Positions 60,973-64,000 of a stretch of 64,000 nt of DNA are shown here, one piece after another; positions within the stretch are counted from its first letter, which is position 1, and the number at the start of each line of letters is the position of its first letter. The notes under the pieces are model-generated. The model was not told the DNA's origin. It worked only from the letters and a program-made list of their open reading frames with translations, and did no database searches. Position numbers and translations under genes: made by a program. The DNA comes from an uncultured Bacteroidia bacterium (GTDB taxonomy: Bacteria; Bacteroidota; Bacteroidia; Bacteroidales; CAJPTX01), in the NCBI GenBank assembly GCA_938038735.1, contig CALHSW010000074.1, forward strand, positions 16,302-80,301, read 5' to 3'.

Positions 60973-61971
60973 ATGGCAGAGAGTAACTTCATTGATTACG
61001 TACGTATCTTTTGCCGGTCGGGCAATGGGGGTGCAGGGAGTACGCATTTGCGGCGGGAGAAGTATGTACCTAAGGGGGGGCCAGATGGGGGAGATGGCGG
61101 CAAGGGCGGCGATGTCATCATGCGTGGCAATGCGCAGATGTGGACGTTGATACACCTCAAGTACAACAAGCATGCGATGGCTGAGAGTGGGGAGGATGGC
61201 GGAAAGCAGCGCAGCACGGGGGCTAATGGCAAGAGCGTCATTATTGAGGTGCCGCTAGGCACAGTGGCAAAGAATGATGAAACCGGTGAGGAAATCGGTG
61301 AAATCATGGAGGATGGGCAGGAGATATGCCTAAAGCGCGGAGGACGGGGAGGTTTAGGTAATTGGAACTTCCGAACGTCGACGCGTCAAACTCCCCGCTT
61401 TGCCCAGCCAGGGGAGAGCGGGGAGGAGGGTACAGTCACCCTAGAGCTAAAGGTCCTTGCTGATGTGGGGCTCGTGGGGCTGCCCAATGCAGGAAAGTCT
61501 ACCCTGCTGGCTACACTCTCCTCGGCACGCCCAAAAATTGCAGACTATCCGTTTACGACCCTCGTGCCGAGTCTTGGCATCGTGGAGTACAGGGATATGA
61601 AGTCGTTCGTGATGGCGGACATTCCGGGAATCATTGAGGGTGCGCATGCGGGTAAAGGGTTGGGGCTACGTTTTTTACGTCACATTGAAAGGAACTCTAT
61701 ACTGCTGTTCATGATTCCCGCCATCTCTGAGGATATCAACAAGGAGCTAGCTATGCTGCGTCGTGAGCTAGAACTGTACAATCCTAGCCTGATGGAGAAG
61801 CGCTACGTGGTAGCAATCACCAAGGTTGATTTAATTGATAGTGTACGCCGGCGGGAGATAGAGGGAAGCGTGCAATTCGATGCCCCCTACCTTTTTATTT
61901 CAGCGGTCTCGGGTGATGGGCTCCTCTCCCTCAAGGATCTATTGTGGAAGGAGTTGAATCCGACAGAGTAA
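60973..61971 (+). CDS. obg: GTPase ObgE/CgtA
   Basis: [30 protein letters not shown], and G-domain [11 protein letters not shown] / DIPGIIEGA / TKVD. Confidence 0.93.
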   Translation: MAESNFIDYVRIFCRSGNGGAGSTHLRREKYVPKGGPDGGDGGKGGDVIMRGNAQMWTLIHLKYNKHAMAESGEDGGKQRSTGANGKSVIIEVPLGTVAKNDETGEEIGEIMEDGQEICLKRGGRGGLGNWNFRTSTRQTPRFAQPGESGEEGTVTLELKVLADVGLVGLPNAGKSTLLATLSSARPKIADYPFTTLVPSLGIVEYRDMKSFVMADIPGIIEGAHAGKGLGLRFLRHIERNSILLFMIPAISEDINKELAMLRRELELYNPSLMEKRYVVAITKVDLIDSVRRREIEGSVQFDAPYLFISAVSGDGLLSLKDLLWKELNPTE

Positions 61972-63029
61972 TGGGTGCAGCGTTTCGTATTGTGTTGATT
62001 GTCCCTGGTATCTTACTGATGGCGGTAGGGTGTGGCGGGAGAGTCTCTGAGCGCCATGTGGGGAGTGCCAGCGTTGAGAGGGTTTCAGTAGAAATTGTTG
62101 TGCCAACGCGAGACACGACAATAGTTAGTGGTTCTCAACTGATGGTGCGATGGGCAACGGAGGCAGATTCGTGTCAAGTTTTTTGGGGGGCAGAGCGGAT
62201 AGGCGTGGAGAGTGGCGTCACGATTGACACGAAGAATTGCCCATTGGGAGTGCAACATATTAGGGTGGTGGCGTGGCGAAATGGGGAATCTAGTGAGGCG
62301 TTGCGACGTGTTGCTATCCTAGCTGCCAATGCGCCCCGAAAGTACAGCTATAGAGTGGTGAAAGAGTACCCTCATGATGAAAACGCATACACGCAGGGTC
62401 TTCTCTTTTACAATGGCTCTATCTACGAGAGTACAGGCCAGCGTGGAGCTTCCACGGTACGGAGGGTGGAGCTAGCTACAGGTAAGGTGCTACAGGAAAA
62501 GAAGCTGATTGACTCCGAGTTTGGCGAGGGGTTGACGTTGCTCGGAGGGGTACTCTATCAGCTTACCTGGACATCGCACCGCTGCCACCTCTACGACTTA
62601 GAAACGCTTTCGCCCGTGGGAGAATTCTACTACAATACGCAGGGGTGGGGCCTTGAGTCTGATGGCGTTTATCTCTACATGACTGACGGTACGGAGAACA
62701 TTTACGTCTTGGACCCCAAGACCTTCAAGGTGCTAAGAACCATTCAGGCATACACCAACGAGGGGCCCCAGCGCATGCTCAATGAGCTTGAGTTCATTGA
62801 GGGGCTACTCTACGCAAACGTCTATCTAACGGATGAAATCGTGGCTATAGACCCTAAAACGGGGGCTGTGGTGAGGCGTGTTCATCTTGATGGATTGCTG
62901 CCGGAGCGGTATCGTACGCCGCACGTTGAGGTTCTCAACGGAATCGCCTACGATGCGGAGCGCGGCGCAATCTACCTAACCGGGAAATACTGGCCAAAGC
63001 TCTACCATGTTGAGTTCGTGGCGAAGTAG
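61971..63029 (+). CDS. Glutaminyl-peptide cyclotransferase (type I, beta-propeller) with an N-terminal lipoprotein-anchored extra domain
   Basis: TAATG overlap with the obg stop. Lipobox LLMAVGC. YPHDENAYTQGLLFYNGSIYESTGQRGASTVRRVEL.TGKV, FGEGLT, YQLTW, LNELEFI.G.LYANV is the bacterial/plant QC pattern. Confidence 0.8.
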   Translation: MGAAFRIVLIVPGILLMAVGCGGRVSERHVGSASVERVSVEIVVPTRDTTIVSGSQLMVRWATEADSCQVFWGAERIGVESGVTIDTKNCPLGVQHIRVVAWRNGESSEALRRVAILAANAPRKYSYRVVKEYPHDENAYTQGLLFYNGSIYESTGQRGASTVRRVELATGKVLQEKKLIDSEFGEGLTLLGGVLYQLTWTSHRCHLYDLETLSPVGEFYYNTQGWGLESDGVYLYMTDGTENIYVLDPKTFKVLRTIQAYTNEGPQRMLNELEFIEGLLYANVYLTDEIVAIDPKTGAVVRRVHLDGLLPERYRTPHVEVLNGIAYDAERGAIYLTGKYWPKLYHVEFVAK

Positions 63030-63048
63030 AATCAGGATCTATTTCATT

Positions 63049-64000
63049 ACAAGTGATTTTTGGCAGGCTGCAGCGCACTTCCTCAATAGGTTGGGAACGT
63101 GGGCTGTGAATCGCCCTTGGGCTGCGGGAGCAGTAGCGTTGTTGGCGTTCATTCTCTTAGCGTTTTATAGCTGTCTGCCCTCTCCGCTTTTCAGAACGCC
63201 AACGTGTACCGTAGTGCTTGATCGCGAGGGGCGTTTGCTCAGCGCCACAATCGCTGATGATGGGCAGTATCGCTTCCCCTGCTCTGGGCGAGTGCCAGAG
63301 CGTTTCGCGCAGTGTATATGCACCTACGAAGATCGTTACTTTAGGTATCACATTGGCATTAATCCCATCTCCGTTGTCAATGCGCTGCGCACCAATATCA
63401 GTCAGCGACGCGTGGTGAGGGGCGCATCGACAATCACGATGCAGGTGGCGCGGCTCATGCATGGGGAAGCCCCGAGAACGTGGGGCAATAAGTTGCAGGA
63501 GGTGATATGGGCGTTGCGCCTTGAAGCCTCCTACAGCAAAGATGCCATCCTGGCCCTGTATGCAGCGAATGCCCCTTTTGGGGGCAACGTGGTGGGGCTT
63601 GACGCTGCCGCATGGCGATACTACAACCTCCCTGCTGCGGAGCTGACGTGGGGCCAAATGGCGGCTCTTTGCGTTTTGCCTAACTCCCCCTCCATCATCT
63701 ACCCCGGGCGCAACAGCGATGCCTTCTTACGGAAGCGCAACAATCTCCTCCACCGCTTGGCAAGGCGAAACATTATCGACTCCATGGAGCTAGAGCTTGC
63801 CCTGGCAGAGCCGTTGCCGCAGCCTGCTGAAACCCTCCCGCAGTTAGTACCGCATTTGCTTACGCGGGCTATTCGTGATGGGAAGAAAGGGCGTGTCCTG
63901 ACTACAACCATTGATAGAAATCTCCAGCAACTCGCCGAGAGGGTGGTGGCGGGGGCTGCGGCTGCTAGCCCGGCGCATAATATCTCGGCAATAGTGGCGA
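63049..64000 (+). CDS. pbpC: Penicillin-binding protein 1C, N-terminal glycosyltransferase (GT51) part; 3'-partial at the window end
   Basis: This open frame is not in the ORF track because no stop is reached. I translated it by hand: TYEDRYFRYHIGINP, RGASTITMQVARL, KLQEVIWALRLEASYSKDAILALYAANAPFGGNVVG. The start is uncertain (GTG 63049, TTG 63091 or GTG 63106). Confidence 0.8.

Noticed and set aside
1-64000. A search for transposase, integrase, phage, toxin-antitoxin or restriction-modification genes that could explain the accessory region.
   Set aside because: None of the ORFs of 60 aa or more shows DDE/tyrosine-recombinase/serine-recombinase or phage structural motifs that I can recognise. 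Mobility of the cassette and repeats therefore rests only on composition and repeat structure.

Overview
This is a 64-kb chromosomal window from a moderately GC-rich member of Bacteroidota, probably Bacteroidales or Porphyromonadaceae-like. The lineage call rests on a fused LpxC-FabZ gene, a T9SS C-terminal sorting domain, BspA-type LRR proteins, the DUF4271-hemD and recF-DUF721 gene pairs, and TAnnTTTG -7 promoter boxes ahead of many genes. Most of the window is housekeeping: hemD, rnpA-yidD, a sigma-54 activator with lptE, secG, a lolE-like permease, rbfA, prolyl oligopeptidase, pepD, rsmD, a RecD-like helicase, mnmE, yicC, gmk, nadD, gcvH, uvrB, dapA, a DUF368 protein, an AsmA-like protein, htpG, rplS, two tRNA-Arg genes, rlmD, nrnA, recF, lpxC/fabZ-lpxA, hpt, adk, obg, glutaminyl cyclase and a 3'-partial pbpC. 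The accessory part lies at about 28.5-48.9 kb. It holds a CsgG/DUF4810/DUF799 lipoprotein operon and two BspA-like LRR genes, each followed by about 1-1.5 kb of a mosaic, hairpin-rich repeat family that also truncates a yeiH-like gene. The most interesting item is a low-GC three-gene cassette at 43.1-46.5 kb. It encodes a 60-aa six-cysteine, glycine-rich peptide, a radical SAM/SPASM enzyme with a roughly 100-aa N-terminal extension, and an ABC exporter. The cassette sits 21 nt upstream of a TonB-dependent receptor and is bracketed by a duplicated internal fragment of that receptor gene. I read it as an uncharacterised RiPP locus (thioether peptide or possibly a peptide metallophore). Two near-consensus sigma-54 (-24/-12) promoters lie upstream of htpG and of a beta-barrel OMP gene. 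No transposase, integrase, CRISPR array or rRNA was seen. All family assignments come from motif recognition by eye and none was confirmed by a database search.
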